Assembly (NCBI GenBank): GCA_963845145.1
Contig: CAWJQU010000005.1
Location: 544,001-608,000, forward strand
Length of the DNA stretch: 64,000 bases
Source: an uncultured delta proteobacterium
Lineage (GTDB): Bacteria; Desulfobacterota; Desulfobacteria; Desulfobacterales; QNYZ01
Reading direction: 5' to 3'
A program made the translations under genes and the position numbers. The notes below the pieces were generated by a model. It worked only from the letters and a program-made list of their open reading frames with translations. It had not been told where the DNA came from and searched no databases. Below, in pieces: positions 40,880-50,448 of the stretch; positions within the stretch are counted from its first letter, which is position 1, and the number at the start of each line of letters is the position of its first letter.

Positions 40880-42698
40880 ATGACCACTTTTTCAGGCAAA
40901 CTTCTCAGGATAGACTTAAATACCTTAAGCTCTCGGGAAGAGGAGATTCCTGATCAATTTCACTGGGATTATATCTCGGCCCGGGGGTTGGCTGCCAAGT
41001 ATCTCTATGACGAAGCTAGCCCCAGGGGTAGCACCTCTGTCTCCGGATAATAAACTGATTTTATCCATCGGCGTTTTGGCGGCAACCGGTCTCCAGGGGT
41101 TTTCAAAGTGGGCGGTGACGACCAAAAGCCCCCTGACCGGTACGATTATTCGTTCATTTACCGGCGGCAACTTCGGCGTATGGATGAAATTCGCCGGTTA
41201 CGACATGATCATCCTTGAGGGTCGGGCTTCTAACGCGACCTATGTGTATATTGATGACAAAAAAACCACTTTTCTGGACGCCGGGTATCTTATGGGGCTG
41301 GACCCCAGATCGGTGCAGGTTAAACTCAAAGACACGCACGGCAAAAAGACTGAAAGCGCCTGCATTGGCTTGGCCGGAGAAAAATTGGTTCGCTATGCGG
41401 TGATCACTTCCGGAGAACGAACCGCATCCCGGGGTGGTGTTGGCACGGTTATGGGTGCCAAGAATTTAAAGGCCATCGCCATTAATGTCCCTGTCTGCCG
41501 ACCAACACCTTACAACCCGGATCAGCTTGAGAGCCTGGTTAAAGGCCAGGTTGAGATGCTTAGAGAACATCCCCGTAAAAAAGCGATGTCAACCATTGGG
41601 ACGCCTTACATCACAACGCCTCTGATGAAGAGCGGCATTCTACCGGTTCAGAATTTCAGGAAAGGCCGGGTCGCGGAAATAGAAAATATTAATGGTGATG
41701 CTTTTTTGAACCTAAAAAAGGCGAAGGCGGGATGTTACGGATGCATGACACGATGTGGCGGTATGCGAAACGTTTCAAGAGGCCCCCTGAAAGGCACCCG
41801 AATCGACGGGCCCGAATATGAAACCATTTTTTCCTTCGGACCGCTTATCGGTATAAATGACAAACAATTTATTATCGATGCCAATGCCGCTTGTGACTAC
41901 TACGGCATCGACACGATTAGTGCAGGGGTCTGCCTGGCCTTTGCCTGCGAACTTTCTGAAAAGGGAATTCTTTCTTCTTCGGAAAGTGGTCTGGATAGCC
42001 TGAGATGGGGAGATAAGGATGCCCTATTTGCCCTACTTAAAAATATTGGCCGTCGGGAGGGACTGGGCAAGATACTGGGGGAAGGCGTCAAACGTGCCGC
42101 TGACCATTTCGGTAAAGAGGCTCGCGCCTATGCAATCCATATTAAAGGCCTTGAGCTTCCCGGGTATGAACCCCGCGCAGTAAAAGGATACGCGCTGAGT
42201 ATGGCCACCTCTAATATTGGCGGCAGCCACATGTACGGTCGACCGAGATCGGAACTATCCGGGCTGATCGATCCGTTCACCGAATCGGGAAAAGGGGCAG
42301 CCATTGCCCACGTCCAAAAAGAACAAGCTTTAGAAGACGCCCTGGTCGCCTGCACTTTTGGGAATTCCGGTTTGAAAATAGATGATTATGCTCATTTTCT
42401 TACGGCCGCCACAGGCGTAGATGTTTTTTCCCAGCCGGACGACCTGTTAAAAATTGGGGAGAGGATAGTTTGCATAGAGCGATGTTTCAATGTCCGAGAG
42501 GGCTTTGGACGAAAAGACGACACTCTCCCAAAGCGGATGCAGTCTGAACAACTGAAAGATGCCGGTCCGGCCACGAATCAAGTCGTCACGGATTTGGGTA
42601 GCCTTCTGGATGAGTACTATAATGCGTTAGGATACACAAAAGAAGGCATACCCACCCATGAGAAATTAAAAGATTTGAGGATCAAAACGCCCCTATAG
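40880..42698 (+). CDS. aor: Aldehyde:ferredoxin oxidoreductase-family (W/Mo-pterin, 4Fe-4S) enzyme with one frameshift near 41013
   Basis: ATG 40880 gives MTTFSGKLLRIDL...ARGLAAKYLYDE. The next frame continues LAPGVAPLSPDN, KSPLTG, RGGVGTVMGAKNLKAI, CYGCMTRC, GPEYET, DYYGIDTIS and KGLELPGYEPR. Confidence 0.88.
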
Positions 42699-42775
42699 CT
42701 CTATTCGACGCAATGATTGAACATGGGTATCAATCACGAAGTAGACGTCAACAACCAAAAAAAAGGAGAAGGAAT

Positions 42776-44455
42776 ATGAAAGTTTATGATGTCGTTCCTG
42801 GGTTGGAGTTTGATCCTGAAAGAGATTTTGAACAATCACCTGCCTGGTTTCTTGATGCGACCCATTCCGTGCCGCCTTGGACGCCCATGTTTGGCTGGTT
42901 CTGGATCAATTTCTGCCGTCATGGCATGCAGTACGGCGCCGAAAAACTGAGCTTGCCAACGGTGAAGGGGTGGGACTGGCGGTTCCACAATGGTGGCGGT
43001 TACCTAACCCTTTTGCTGGTTAAAAGTGAAGAAGAAAAGCAACGACGGGAAACCCGTTTCAGAAAGGCCATCCTGCCGTTTATCGAAGATTATGATGGAT
43101 TGTGGGGGGGTTATATCAATGAAATTATGGGTCGCTACGAAAAACTAAAACAGTTGGACCTGGATGAAGCGACAAACATCGAATTGCTGGATAACTTTGA
43201 GGAAACCATCAACACCTGCCGCCGCATGTGGGAGATTCACATGTACATGATGTACGGCACATACACTGCCTACATCCTTTTTGAAAATATGTGCCGGGAA
43301 CTGGCCGGTATCGACGACACGTCTCCCCTTTTTCATAACTTGGTCTCCGGTTTTGACAATAAGGTGTTCCAGGTAGACCGCCGTCTATGGGAGTTTTCAA
43401 AACGGGCCCAGGAAGAAAACCTATCGGATGATTTTATTAACAGCGATCCCGATGAAATCGGCGCTCGACTGGACACTTCTGAAAAAGGTCGAGCGTTTAT
43501 GAAAGATTTCATGGCATTCATGAACGAAGATGGTTGGCGCATGCAACGGATGAGCGAGATTAACTTGCCTACCTGGGTGGAAGATCCCACACCAGCCCTG
43601 GTCAACGTCAAACAATTTTTGCAAAAGGGCGGGGATTTTAATCTCGATGCAGAGCGTCTGAAAATAACAGAACAACGTGAAACCGCTGAAAAAGAGGTAC
43701 TCGCCAAAATCCCCCAGGAGCAACGCGGTTGGTTCGAGCAATTGATGAAGATGGCCCAAAAAAGCGGTGTCTTCAGCGAAGAGCACGATCACTACCTGGA
43801 TTTGTATACCCATGCCATGATGCGTCGATCTGCACTGGGTTTAGGCCGGCGCTTTGCAAAAAAAGGTGCTTTCGACGATCCGGAAGACATGTTTTTTCTA
43901 ATCCCAGACGAAGTTCGTCGCGCCGGTCTTGCGCCGGATCAATTCGATTTACGCTACATTGTCGATCGACGAAAGGCCCAATGGGAAGAATGGAAAAAAA
44001 CGCCCAACCCCCCCGCCTTCTTGAAAGAAGGCTTTGATCTGGATCAGGCGATGGGTGTGTTGGTTCAGTCTAATGACCCCATTGCGCTTAAGGTGGTTGT
44101 GGGCGCCATGCCCCAGGTGCGCCCTGAACTTAAAGCCGATCTTTACGGTACCTGCGGGTCGCCCGGCGTGGCCGAAGGCATTGCCCGGGTCATCCTGACC
44201 GAAGATGAGCTGCACCTTGTACAGGAAAACGATATACTGGTGGCCGCCAGCACCTCACCCAGCTGGACCCCCATTTTTTCCATGATCAAAGGCGTCGTGG
44301 TGGATCGGGGCGCCAGCCTTTCCCACGCCGCCATTGTAGGCCGGGAATATGGCATCCCCGTTGTCATGAATGTTTTTGAAGGAACCGCTAAAATCAAATC
44401 GGGCCAACGGATCAAGGTAGATGCCAACATGGGGACGGTCTACATTCTAGACTGA
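42776..44455 (+). CDS. PEP-utilising enzyme, substrate-binding/phosphohistidine subunit (phenylphosphate synthase A-like)
   Basis: C-terminal swivel domain GSPGVAEG.ARV...TSPSWTP...LSHAAIVGREYGIP; N-terminal WFLDATH; no ATP-grasp domain. Confidence 0.85.
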   Translation: MKVYDVVPGLEFDPERDFEQSPAWFLDATHSVPPWTPMFGWFWINFCRHGMQYGAEKLSLPTVKGWDWRFHNGGGYLTLLLVKSEEEKQRRETRFRKAILPFIEDYDGLWGGYINEIMGRYEKLKQLDLDEATNIELLDNFEETINTCRRMWEIHMYMMYGTYTAYILFENMCRELAGIDDTSPLFHNLVSGFDNKVFQVDRRLWEFSKRAQEENLSDDFINSDPDEIGARLDTSEKGRAFMKDFMAFMNEDGWRMQRMSEINLPTWVEDPTPALVNVKQFLQKGGDFNLDAERLKITEQRETAEKEVLAKIPQEQRGWFEQLMKMAQKSGVFSEEHDHYLDLYTHAMMRRSALGLGRRFAKKGAFDDPEDMFFLIPDEVRRAGLAPDQFDLRYIVDRRKAQWEEWKKTPNPPAFLKEGFDLDQAMGVLVQSNDPIALKVVVGAMPQVRPELKADLYGTCGSPGVAEGIARVILTEDELHLVQENDILVAASTSPSWTPIFSMIKGVVVDRGASLSHAAIVGREYGIPVVMNVFEGTAKIKSGQRIKVDANMGTVYILD

Positions 44456-44478
44456 TTGAGATCATTTAGAAGCAAAAA

Positions 44479-44521
44479 AGGCCTGCAGATAAACTGCAGG
44501 CCCTTGGCCCTGTTTATCTGT
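44479..44521 (+). promoter_or_regulatory. Intergenic stem-loop with an alternative pairing
   Basis: GGCCTGCAG-ATAAA-CTGCAGGCC; its CAGATAAAC can instead pair with GTTTATCTG (44512-44520). Confidence 0.5.
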
Positions 44522-44642
44522 AAAAGTATCCGGAATACAGCCTTTCGGTAAACTGGCGAGCCTATCTCCAACAGTGCCGATCAACAGACCCAATGCATCT
44601 GAGTTAAGATATGAATACTGCTTTAAAAAGGATAAAACAGTC

Positions 44643-45671
44643 ATGACACAAAAATGGATTTACTGGTTCGAGGATTTACGTAGCGAACATAATGATCTTG
44701 TTGGAAAAAAATGTGCGAATCTCGGCGAAATGCTTCACCTTGGCCTGCGTGTACCCCCGGGATTTGCCATATCGGTGAATGGATATGAGCAATTCATGCA
44801 ACGTACCGGCGCTGATGAAGAGATACGGGACTATGTTCGACAAAACGTAGCGGTATTGAAAAATAATGTTGAAAAGCAGATTGAGGCCAGCCGGTTTATC
44901 CGTAAGGTGATCGAGTCCAAGCAAATGCCGGAAGATATGAAGAAGGAGCTATGGGAGCACTACGAACAGCTATGTCGCAAAGTGGGGATTGACGATCTGT
45001 CGGTTGCCACTCGCTCCAGTGGCGCTATCAGTATGCCGGGGCAGATGGAAACATTTTTAAATGTGTGCGGGAAAAAAGAGCTGGTTGAAAAGATCATTAA
45101 AGTCTGGGGAAGTGCCTTTACCACCCGTGCCATTGCTTTTCGCCTTGAAAAAGAGATGCCCATGGAAAAAGCCCCCATCGGGGTGGCGGTATTAAAAATG
45201 ATCAACGCCAAATGCGCCGGTGTGACACTCACGGTGCTTCCAACGACCGGAGATTTAACCAAAGTAGTCGTAGAGGGAAACTGGGGGCTTGGGGAAAGTG
45301 TCGTCAGCGGGGAAATTACACCCGACTGTTTTATCGTAGACAAAGAGAGCGGCGAAACAGAAACAACGATATGCAAAAAAGTTAATATGGTTGTCTATAA
45401 AAAATCCGGCACCGGTACGGTCAGCATACCAGCGGATATGCAGGAAAAATCATGTTTGGACAAAAAAGAAATAAACGAGATTGTTCGCATCGCAAAAAAG
45501 ACGGAGGCCTATTTTAACATGCCCCAAGACATGGAGTGGGTCATTGACGCCGATATATCTTTCCCGGAGAATCTGTTCTGGGTGCAGACAAGACCTGCCA
45601 AATACAGCCAAAAAAATGAAAGCGACGATGAATATCTGGCCGAGCTTATGACGCGAATTTTTAAAATGTAG
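44643..45671 (+). CDS. PEP/pyruvate-binding ATP-grasp subunit (phenylphosphate synthase B-like)
   Basis: VGKKCANLGEM, VPPGFAI, ATRSSG, PGQMETFLNV, WGLGESVVSG, QDMEW and VQTRP. Confidence 0.88.
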   Translation: MTQKWIYWFEDLRSEHNDLVGKKCANLGEMLHLGLRVPPGFAISVNGYEQFMQRTGADEEIRDYVRQNVAVLKNNVEKQIEASRFIRKVIESKQMPEDMKKELWEHYEQLCRKVGIDDLSVATRSSGAISMPGQMETFLNVCGKKELVEKIIKVWGSAFTTRAIAFRLEKEMPMEKAPIGVAVLKMINAKCAGVTLTVLPTTGDLTKVVVEGNWGLGESVVSGEITPDCFIVDKESGETETTICKKVNMVVYKKSGTGTVSIPADMQEKSCLDKKEINEIVRIAKKTEAYFNMPQDMEWVIDADISFPENLFWVQTRPAKYSQKNESDDEYLAELMTRIFKM

Positions 45672-45715
45672 TGGTTACACGGCTATTATAAAGCACATTG
45701 ATTGGGAGGAAACAC

Positions 45716-46375
45716 ATGACGATTCTTTTTAGCCAATCCTGGGATGTCATTACCGATAAATTTGATGGCTATTCGACCTTCGTTTCAAACGAATACAATC
45801 CTGGCTTGGAAGCGATTGGCATTAAACTGCTGGGTGGTTACTATGTGGCCGTCGGTTCAGGACCACGAATTATTGCTGTCGCCACAGTTGATAAGGAAGA
45901 AAGCCTGCTTAAAGCCCTCGCAAGCCGTGAGCACAGGAGTATATCGAACAAGCTGATGAAACTGGTGAATAACTACCGCAACCGGGTTTGGTTGCCCAGT
46001 GGTCGAATCCAAGATGAAACTTACCGTATTCAAACCGGTGCCTGGAAGTTTGTTCAGTACTACAACCTCGTCCCCGGAAAGGAGGAAGAGCACCATCGGT
46101 TTGTTAGGGATGAATGCCTGCCGGGGATGACAACCTTAGGCATTCCCGTAACCGGCGGATGGCGCCTGGCCATTGGATCGGGGCCCAGGTTTATGGCCGA
46201 ATGTACCGGGCGCAGTATTGAAACGATTGCCGGAGCCATTAACACCTCTGAATTCAGACGGCTTGTTCGAACCTTGAAAAAAAAATACGCCGTGGATTAC
46301 TCCAGCAGAATACTGGCCCCCACCGGTCGAATTGAAATCCCGTTTCTTATGCGGGAAATGATGAAAGGGTTTTAG
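45716..46375 (+). CDS. Two-domain NIPSNAP-like protein 3
   Basis: GGYYVAVGSGP...RVWLPSG and GGWRLAIGSGP...RILAPTG; GGAGG RBS. Confidence 0.65.
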   Translation: MTILFSQSWDVITDKFDGYSTFVSNEYNPGLEAIGIKLLGGYYVAVGSGPRIIAVATVDKEESLLKALASREHRSISNKLMKLVNNYRNRVWLPSGRIQDETYRIQTGAWKFVQYYNLVPGKEEEHHRFVRDECLPGMTTLGIPVTGGWRLAIGSGPRFMAECTGRSIETIAGAINTSEFRRLVRTLKKKYAVDYSSRILAPTGRIEIPFLMREMMKGF

Positions 46376-46549
46376 CCTAAATTACGAACGAAACATCGAG
46401 GCTAATTCTGATAAGGCCCCTCTCTGGCGGGATCGATGCAGCCAGGCTTACAGACCGCGCCAAATGCGAGACCATCCTCTTATATAAAAAGAGGTCTATG
46501 CGACATAACGATAAAACAGACGCCATGGATATAAACTGCTCCGCGCCTT

Positions 46550-47767
46550 TTATTTGGCTTTCCAGGCCCTTGCTTGGGCACAACGATCATTAAATTCTTT
46601 TGAATCCGGGTCTACGCTTCCAAAACGATCCGGCCTGAAAGGCGCCAGGTCAATAGGGCTTTCGCCATCCAGAACCAATCCGGCCATGGCCGCACCGATG
46701 CCCCCTGAAGCGGTCACTCCCAAACCACAACAGCCTGTTGCAACATAGAGGCCTGGTTGGCCCTCAATTTTCCCGAGAATAAAATGACCATCCGGCGAAT
46801 AGGTGGAAAGACCCGCCATGTACCCCGAAAAACGGACATCATTGAAGGAAGGGAAAAAATCCGAGATACGCTCTTCGGCCTCGGCCAGCACGTCCCATTC
46901 CCGGCCGTCTTCAGTTACGGGAAAATCACTTATATCATCTGGTAAAATACGATAATCGAACGTGGGCGAGTAAGCCTCCTGCACGCCCAAAAGCATTCCT
47001 CCGGCTTCAGGCCTCGTATATATGCCGGCATCGGCATTTACCGTCATGGGTTGATTGGGTGAAAACATGGGATCCGGCGCTGTCATCCAGAAATGACTGC
47101 GCGTCGGAGTCATGGGCAAAGAAATATCCCGAGGCATCGTCAGGTTGTTGGACCAGGCACCGGCGGCAACAACCACTTTTTCACACTGAAACACGCCTTG
47201 CGATGTTTCCAGGTCCACAAGGCCATCTTTGCCAAAGTAAATGGATTTGACGGCCACGCCGGTTTCAATTCGGACCCCGGATTGTTTTGCGGCCCGGGCA
47301 TAGGCCGAGGCCAGGCGATATGGATCGATAAATCCATCATCGGGGAAAAAGACTGAAAGCATATCAGCCTTCGCCCTAAGCCAGGGCAAAAACTTCGTGC
47401 GCTGGTTTTCATCAACAATCTCTGCGGCATAACCATACTGCCGGGCTCGGGCGACCATTCTTTCCAAGGCGATCCGGCTCTCATCCGTTTCAGCGAAGCG
47501 CATGGTGCCGATGCGATGAAAATCAAGGCTATCCCCCAACTGCTCTTCCAGTTTCTCTATGATACTGAACGTTACACCACTCAGTTGATCAATTGCCGGC
47601 TTGGAAGAAACCTGAAACAACAATCCTGCGGCCTGAGAAGATGCCGCTGATGCAAGGCCCATGCGCTCCAGTAGCGTAACGTCACCGGCGCCACGCATGG
47701 CGAGATGATACGCCACACTGGCACCCAGCAGGCCACCACCGATTACACCAATGGCTGCGTTACGCAT
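46550..47767 (-). CDS. DAO-family FAD oxidoreductase (sarcosine oxidase beta / DMG dehydrogenase N-terminal-like)
   Basis: VIGGGLLGASVAYHL, DGFIDP, VVAAGAW and STYSPDGHFILG. Confidence 0.85.
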   Translation of the reverse strand: MRNAAIGVIGGGLLGASVAYHLAMRGAGDVTLLERMGLASAASSQAAGLLFQVSSKPAIDQLSGVTFSIIEKLEEQLGDSLDFHRIGTMRFAETDESRIALERMVARARQYGYAAEIVDENQRTKFLPWLRAKADMLSVFFPDDGFIDPYRLASAYARAAKQSGVRIETGVAVKSIYFGKDGLVDLETSQGVFQCEKVVVAAGAWSNNLTMPRDISLPMTPTRSHFWMTAPDPMFSPNQPMTVNADAGIYTRPEAGGMLLGVQEAYSPTFDYRILPDDISDFPVTEDGREWDVLAEAEERISDFFPSFNDVRFSGYMAGLSTYSPDGHFILGKIEGQPGLYVATGCCGLGVTASGGIGAAMAGLVLDGESPIDLAPFRPDRFGSVDPDSKEFNDRCAQARAWKAK

Positions 47768-47813
47768 TCGCCTTCTCCCATCACGCTTTTCTTATTTTTT
47801 AATAAAAATATAT

Positions 47814-48920
47814 TCAACCGATATCGCGCGTTGACTCATATGCGGATTTTAACGCCTCAGCCAAATCGGCCGCACCCTTGGTGGCCCTTTTCTCCATCCA
47901 TTTCTGCATATTCAAAAATTGCCCGATAACTTTAATAACTGGCGTCAGTTTTTTTAGATAAATTCCATCAGCGGTTTTACTTAGCGCAGCCGCCTCGACA
48001 ACCGATTCAGCCGCCAGAAGCCCGCTTTTCAATGCCGATCCGATCCCTTCGAATGTGATCGGAAAAACCAACCCGGCGGCATCCCCAACAAGGAGGACAT
48101 TCCCCTTTGCCGGTAAAAACGTTTCTGCAATCAGTTCATTGTGAAGTATTGGCATCAGACACCCATCCCGCCACTGGAGTGAACTATTTGAGTCAACACC
48201 GTGCTTTTCCAGAATTTCGCGGATCTCTTTTTTAAGTAGTCTTATCCCGCTTCCCTCGATAATAAAAAAGGCGTCGCGATGAAATAGATCAAATCGCGGC
48301 CGATAGCGTGACAAAGGAAAAAACCAATGTATGTACTCTTTTTCAATCTCCACCGACCCCTTATAGCATTGGCGCATGGGGGCGGAATACCTTACCTTTA
48401 AGTCAGGGAATAACGACTTTCTGGTGACCGAGGCCCCACCATCAGCGGCAATGACAAACATCGCTTTGAATTCATGTACTTCTTCTCTCTTTTTAACGAT
48501 CACCGTACAATTATCACCGGAATTATTGACACGGATTAACTTGGCCCTTTCTAAAAGTTCAACGCCGCTTGCTACCGCTTGTTGCACCAGCCATAAATCA
48601 AGGTCTCTTCGCCAGGCAACAGGTGTTTTCCACTCAATCACCCTTGTAGTGGTTTTGGGGACATGGATCATGTGTCCCGCCAGATAATATGGATCAGCGA
48701 GGATTTCTTGCGGGATATCGCCAAATTCCTTCCGAATAATCATATTGGCCCATGGGCCCATGATCATACCGGAACACACCTTGTCGCGGGGCAGTCTTTT
48801 TTTCTCCACCAGAAGTGTTTGGAATCCATGATCGGCACATTTTTTGGCGGCCACCGATCCGCCCGGCCCGCCACCGACCACAATCACGTCAAACCTTTTA
48901 TCGATAATATGAGGCATCAT
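47814..48920 (-). CDS. Geranylgeranyl-reductase-family FAD oxidoreductase
   Basis: VGGGPGGS, PRDKVCSG and LVGDAAG...EGI. Confidence 0.82.
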   Translation of the reverse strand: MMPHIIDKRFDVIVVGGGPGGSVAAKKCADHGFQTLLVEKKRLPRDKVCSGMIMGPWANMIIRKEFGDIPQEILADPYYLAGHMIHVPKTTTRVIEWKTPVAWRRDLDLWLVQQAVASGVELLERAKLIRVNNSGDNCTVIVKKREEVHEFKAMFVIAADGGASVTRKSLFPDLKVRYSAPMRQCYKGSVEIEKEYIHWFFPLSRYRPRFDLFHRDAFFIIEGSGIRLLKKEIREILEKHGVDSNSSLQWRDGCLMPILHNELIAETFLPAKGNVLLVGDAAGLVFPITFEGIGSALKSGLLAAESVVEAAALSKTADGIYLKKLTPVIKVIGQFLNMQKWMEKRATKGAADLAEALKSAYESTRDIG

Positions 48921-48931
48921 TCGATATTTGT

Positions 48932-49843
48932 TTACTCATTTGGCTCGTTTTTCACCAGGATATCAATAATACGGGGAATGAAGTCATCCGCCTTACTATC
49001 ATGAAAGGTGCAAGACCCGGCGCCCGGATGTCCGCCACCCTCGAATTGGCCGAGCATATGCCCCACATTGACGTGACAATTCCGATTGAAAATGCTGTGA
49101 CCAACGCTAACGATCAAGTGTTGATCGTACTGATCGTCATAACGAATCCGCACACTGACCACCGCTTTTGGGAAGAGCGCATAAACCAGGAACCGGTTGC
49201 CGTCCGGGGCTGGTTGAATGGCGCGAAAATCGGTGATCGATACGTGGCCATTGAGTTGGGTATGGGACAGCAACAATTGTCGATATTGGCGGTTATCTTC
49301 GATGACACGAAGGCAGCGGCGTTTGACTTCCGTGTCGGCCATGATGTTTTCGATATCGCGCTTGCCCAATAGATCCACCAACCGGTTCCAATAGGGTTCA
49401 TCTTCAAGGTTGCGCCCGTTAATCGTCATGGACAAGAGGATATACGGATGCTCTTCCGGCTGGTTGACTTCGGCCAGGGTCAGATTGGCGGAATCGATTT
49501 TATCGGTCATTTCAACTAGTTCGGAATAATCCCGTGAAAATTGTTTTTCATAATAATGAAATATGATGCCGGCGGCCGAAGGGGCGATACGAAATTCGCC
49601 TTTAAAGGCATGCTGGGGCCGATTGGAATAGTGATGATCAAACCACATGGCACAGTTTTCCCGATAGGGAAGATTGGCGATAATATCATTTTTTTCAATT
49701 ACCACCCGATCCTTTTGCATGTTGCCGGGTTGAACCCAGAAAATGGGTGCAGTAATCGTTTCGGCTTCTTTGAGCAATACGGCACAGACAATGCCGTCGA
49801 AGTCCGGTCGCGTGACAATTCGCATCTTTTTATCCCTTTCCAC
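48932..49843 (-). CDS. DHH-family phosphoesterase (exopolyphosphatase/nanoRNase-like)
   Basis: TRPDFDG, WFDHH, PSAA and GGGHPGAGSC. Confidence 0.85.
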   Translation of the reverse strand: MERDKKMRIVTRPDFDGIVCAVLLKEAETITAPIFWVQPGNMQKDRVVIEKNDIIANLPYRENCAMWFDHHYSNRPQHAFKGEFRIAPSAAGIIFHYYEKQFSRDYSELVEMTDKIDSANLTLAEVNQPEEHPYILLSMTINGRNLEDEPYWNRLVDLLGKRDIENIMADTEVKRRCLRVIEDNRQYRQLLLSHTQLNGHVSITDFRAIQPAPDGNRFLVYALFPKAVVSVRIRYDDQYDQHLIVSVGHSIFNRNCHVNVGHMLGQFEGGGHPGAGSCTFHDSKADDFIPRIIDILVKNEPNE

Positions 49844-49920
49844 AGTGATTTATCAGCCATCTAGACGCTGAGCGCATCACTTCTCAATAGCCAATACCAA
49901 AATTATTCGGAAATATATCA

Positions 49921-50448
49921 TCAGTTGTCATCTGTAACGATTCGATTGGTTTCGTGCGCCCGGCTTAATCGCAGATAACTGTCCACAGCTCCCCGCAGAA
50001 TCTCCTGAATATCGCCCGACAGCTCACGTTTAACAATGGCCGGAGAACCGGCCACCAATTGGTTGGGCCCCACGGTCTGGCCCTCTCGCACCACGGAACC
50101 GGCTGCCACCACTGAACCGCTCTTGATCCGGGAATCATTTAATACGATGGCCCCCATCCCAATCAAACAACCGTTTTCCACGGTGCACCCGTGCACAATC
50201 GCGTTATGACCGATAGTGACATCTTCGCCAATTATCGCCGGTTTATCGGTATCGGTATGAACCGTGCAATTATCCTGAATGTTGGTGTTTCGCCCTACCC
50301 GCACCGGCGCCTCGTCGCCACGCAGGACAGCATTGAACCAAACACTGGCCCCCTCTTCAATAACCACATCCCCAACAATCACGGCCGTGGGCGCAATATA
50401 TACGTTCCGGCCGATCTGCGGTACGTTCCCCCGATGCTCGATTATCAT
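49921..50448 (-). CDS. Gamma-class carbonic anhydrase family protein
   Basis: Hexapeptide repeats, VLRGD, NIQDN..VH and IGHNAIVHGC. Confidence 0.9.
   Translation of the reverse strand: MIIEHRGNVPQIGRNVYIAPTAVIVGDVVIEEGASVWFNAVLRGDEAPVRVGRNTNIQDNCTVHTDTDKPAIIGEDVTIGHNAIVHGCTVENGCLIGMGAIVLNDSRIKSGSVVAAGSVVREGQTVGPNQLVAGSPAIVKRELSGDIQEILRGAVDSYLRLSRAHETNRIVTDDN

Noticed and set aside
42776..45671. Gluconeogenic PEP synthase broken by mutation
   Set aside because: The domain order and the missing pyruvate-binding barrel match two-subunit phenylphosphate-synthase-like enzymes, and each gene has its own RBS.
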